Positions 61,863 through 64,000 of a DNA stretch of 64,000 nucleotides are shown in pieces. Source of the DNA: Raillietiella orientalis (Eukaryota). How positions within the stretch are numbered: the stretch's first letter is position 1; every line of letters starts with the position of its first letter. A model generated the notes under the pieces. That model was given only the letters and a program-made list of their open reading frames with translations, did not search any database and was not told the DNA's origin. The position numbers and the translations under genes are program-made. The DNA is taken from assembly GCA_036172245.1 (NCBI GenBank), contig JAYWIR010000016.1, positions 3,596,001 to 3,660,000 on the forward strand, in the 5' to 3' direction.

Positions 61863-64000
61863 TGAGTGGTGCAAAACTGCAGAATGGCCGAGGGCCCGAG
61901 GGGACGACCACCTGCTCCGAGGGTCGCGTATTTTTGTCCGCCCGACCACGAATGGGTGGCTCAAGACGGGGTGGTTTTGCCCCCCTTCCCCCCGGGAATC
62001 TTTCCCGAGGACCCGCTCATGGAGCGCCACCTGGTCCGCCTCCACTGCTCGCCCCGTGGACTCGCAGGTCCTCCGACAGATGGCAGTCATGCGGCGCGGG
62101 CTCCGCGCTCGCTCCGGTCGAACGCCGCTCGGAGCATCCCGGCGCAATCGCGCGAAACAGAGGACAGCAGGGAGGCGAAGAAAAGTCGTCTCTGCTGCCC
62201 GGCCTGAAGGGGGGGGGAAGCAGGCGTGGACGATCTTTTCGCCTCTGTAGCCCTCCCCCCCCCTCCGAGTTCGGGGGCCTTCCGTGCCTTCGGCGCGCAG
62301 TATCCTACGGATGGATCGTTCGACTGCGCCCAAGGGTGTCCTTCCGCAAGAAGGGAGGACTCCCCCACCGCCAGAGACACCTCGGCCTGCAGGCTTCGAG
62401 GTCGACGTCGCCTCAAACCGGCCTCCGGAAGCTCCCACATCTCAGCAGCCTCCGCAACACGAATCGGGACAGTCGGTCGTTCCCGTCCGAGAGCTTCGCG
62501 GAAAAGGGCGGTCCCGAACACCCTTTTCTTCCCAAGGGCCGCGATACCCTTCGGAGGGTTGTGTGAGGGCTGCAGACCGGGAGCGCATCCGGAAAATTCC
62601 TGCTTTCTTCTTATTCTTATTCTTTTGGAGGGTGGGACTCGAACTTCCCCGGGTCTTCTCTGGAGCAGCCAAAAAGGAGAAGAAGCGATGGCACAGGTGG
62701 CGAAAGCGCAGGTTCCTCCCAGGAGCGGCACACCGGCTGCAAGGACCGCGCCCGTCCGAGCCCCGTCCGGCTTTGACCTGCGCAGCCCCGGAGAGCGGTG
62801 GAAGCTGGCACTTCCGATGTCGCAAGCGCACCGCCTGCAAGCCCCGCGGCGGAAGCGAGGGACCTCCTGTCGGGAGGAGGCCAGGGCCGCCGCTCCGAAG
62901 GACGACTGCTTGCGACGACTCCCCCGCGCCGCGGGCGCAAACGCAGGTCGTGCTACGGGACGCCCCCTGCACGAAGGGGGCCGGCAGACGCGTCTCGGAG
63001 ACGAAGTAAGGCTCAGCGTCTTCCTGCGCATCCTCTTCGCTCTCTCCGGGGATTCTCGCGTGGACGCAGGCTGCCCGAAAGGCGAAAAGGTGGTTTGTGG
63101 ACGCTGGGGGCTCTCCCGCAAAGTTTCCCCTCCGAGGAGACCAAGGAAGGCCAGCGAAGATGTCTCCCGACCACACTGGCAGTGGGCCCCTCGTTCCGAA
63201 ACCGGAACCGTCCACGGAGGTCGCAGGTGGCAGCCACCGAGTGTCCCGCTGCGTGGAGGTCGGCCGGCAGCTCATCTGCGTCCACCAGCTTGCCTCTTCC
63301 ACGCCGTACCGCTTGGCCACACTCTCCAGGTTCGAGCGCGTGACGCAAAAAGAAATGCGCTCGAAAAAAAAAAAAAAAAAGGAAAGCGGCGACGCTTTCC
63401 TTACGTCCAGCATTTTCGCTGCTCCAAAGGAGAGCCTGACGGCGCCTGGCCACCCTGCTTTTTCTCGGGATCGAGTTCCTCCTGTTTTCGTGCCGCAGCC
63501 CCTCGAATTTACCCCCATCACCTGTTTCCAAGAAGAGTTGTCCCAAACGAGACGAAAGCAGCTCAAGTCCCCTTTCCCACGGAGCCAGAGGACGATCCTC
63601 AAGAGCCATGTGGCGAAGACGAGGGCGTCGAAGCCGTTTGCCTGTCGTCAGGAAGGGAAGGGAAGGGAAGAAGACCAAGGCGGGCGGACGGGGGAATCGC
63701 TTCACCTGCAGAGCTCGGGCGCCGGCCAGTGTCCCTGCCGCTTCCCTCCCCTGGACTTCACACGTTCCTCCTCTTTTCACCTTCGACGGCTGCTCCCCTC
63801 GGCTCAGGATTCGCATGGAACCTTCGAGCGCGCCGGAAAGGGATTCGGTGGGTACGCAACAATGCCACGGCAACAATGGCGGCGGGAGCTTCCAGGGCTG
63901 CCAGGAGACTGCCGCGCTTTCAGGACGCGTTGCTCACCTGGAAAATGTCTCCCTAATGTGGCACGGGAGAAGCGACCTATTCCAGCAGGATCGTCCGTGG

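Noticed and set aside
53528..63956. Long ORFs 53528-54922 (-), 60097-61485 (+), 62226-63956 (+)
   Set aside because: Low-complexity translations crossing homopolymer runs, located upstream of, within the intron of, or downstream of the G-gamma gene. No domains.
1..64000. Prokaryote-type systems, CRISPR arrays, transposase/RT-bearing mobile elements, rRNA/tRNA genes
   Set aside because: None seen: no regularly spaced direct repeats, no terminal repeats flanking an ORF, and no RT, integrase or transposase motifs. The DNA is intron-containing animal sequence.

Overview
This is eukaryotic (animal) genomic DNA, most likely a protostome/ecdysozoan invertebrate judging by the arthropod-type G-gamma and the megalin tail. 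Four spliced protein-coding genes can be reconstructed by hand with canonical GT-AG introns and consistent phases. (1) The 5' part of an acylamino-acid-releasing enzyme (APEH) gene on the minus strand runs off the left edge. (2) A complete megalin/LRP2 gene on the plus strand spans 16431-44385, with 44 coding exons, about 4,578 aa and LDLa clusters of 6-8-10-11. (3) A two-exon FMC1 homolog lies at 48613-49373. (4) A two-coding-exon G-protein gamma subunit of the Ggamma30A/Ggamma-e type lies at 58533-61586. The window is a compositional mosaic: compact housekeeping genes sit in AT-rich blocks, while megalin and G-gamma sit in GC/CpG-rich, homopolymer-rich blocks whose long ORFs appear spurious. 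I found no RNA genes, transposase, CRISPR array or convincing novel multi-gene system. The points of interest are gene-architecture and splicing oddities: a 4-kb exon in an intron-dense gene, in-frame stop-free introns, purine-then-pyrimidine introns, a G-rich acceptor and very short introns. The G-gamma also has a CAIL prenylation box. All homology calls are from recalled sequences, not database searches.
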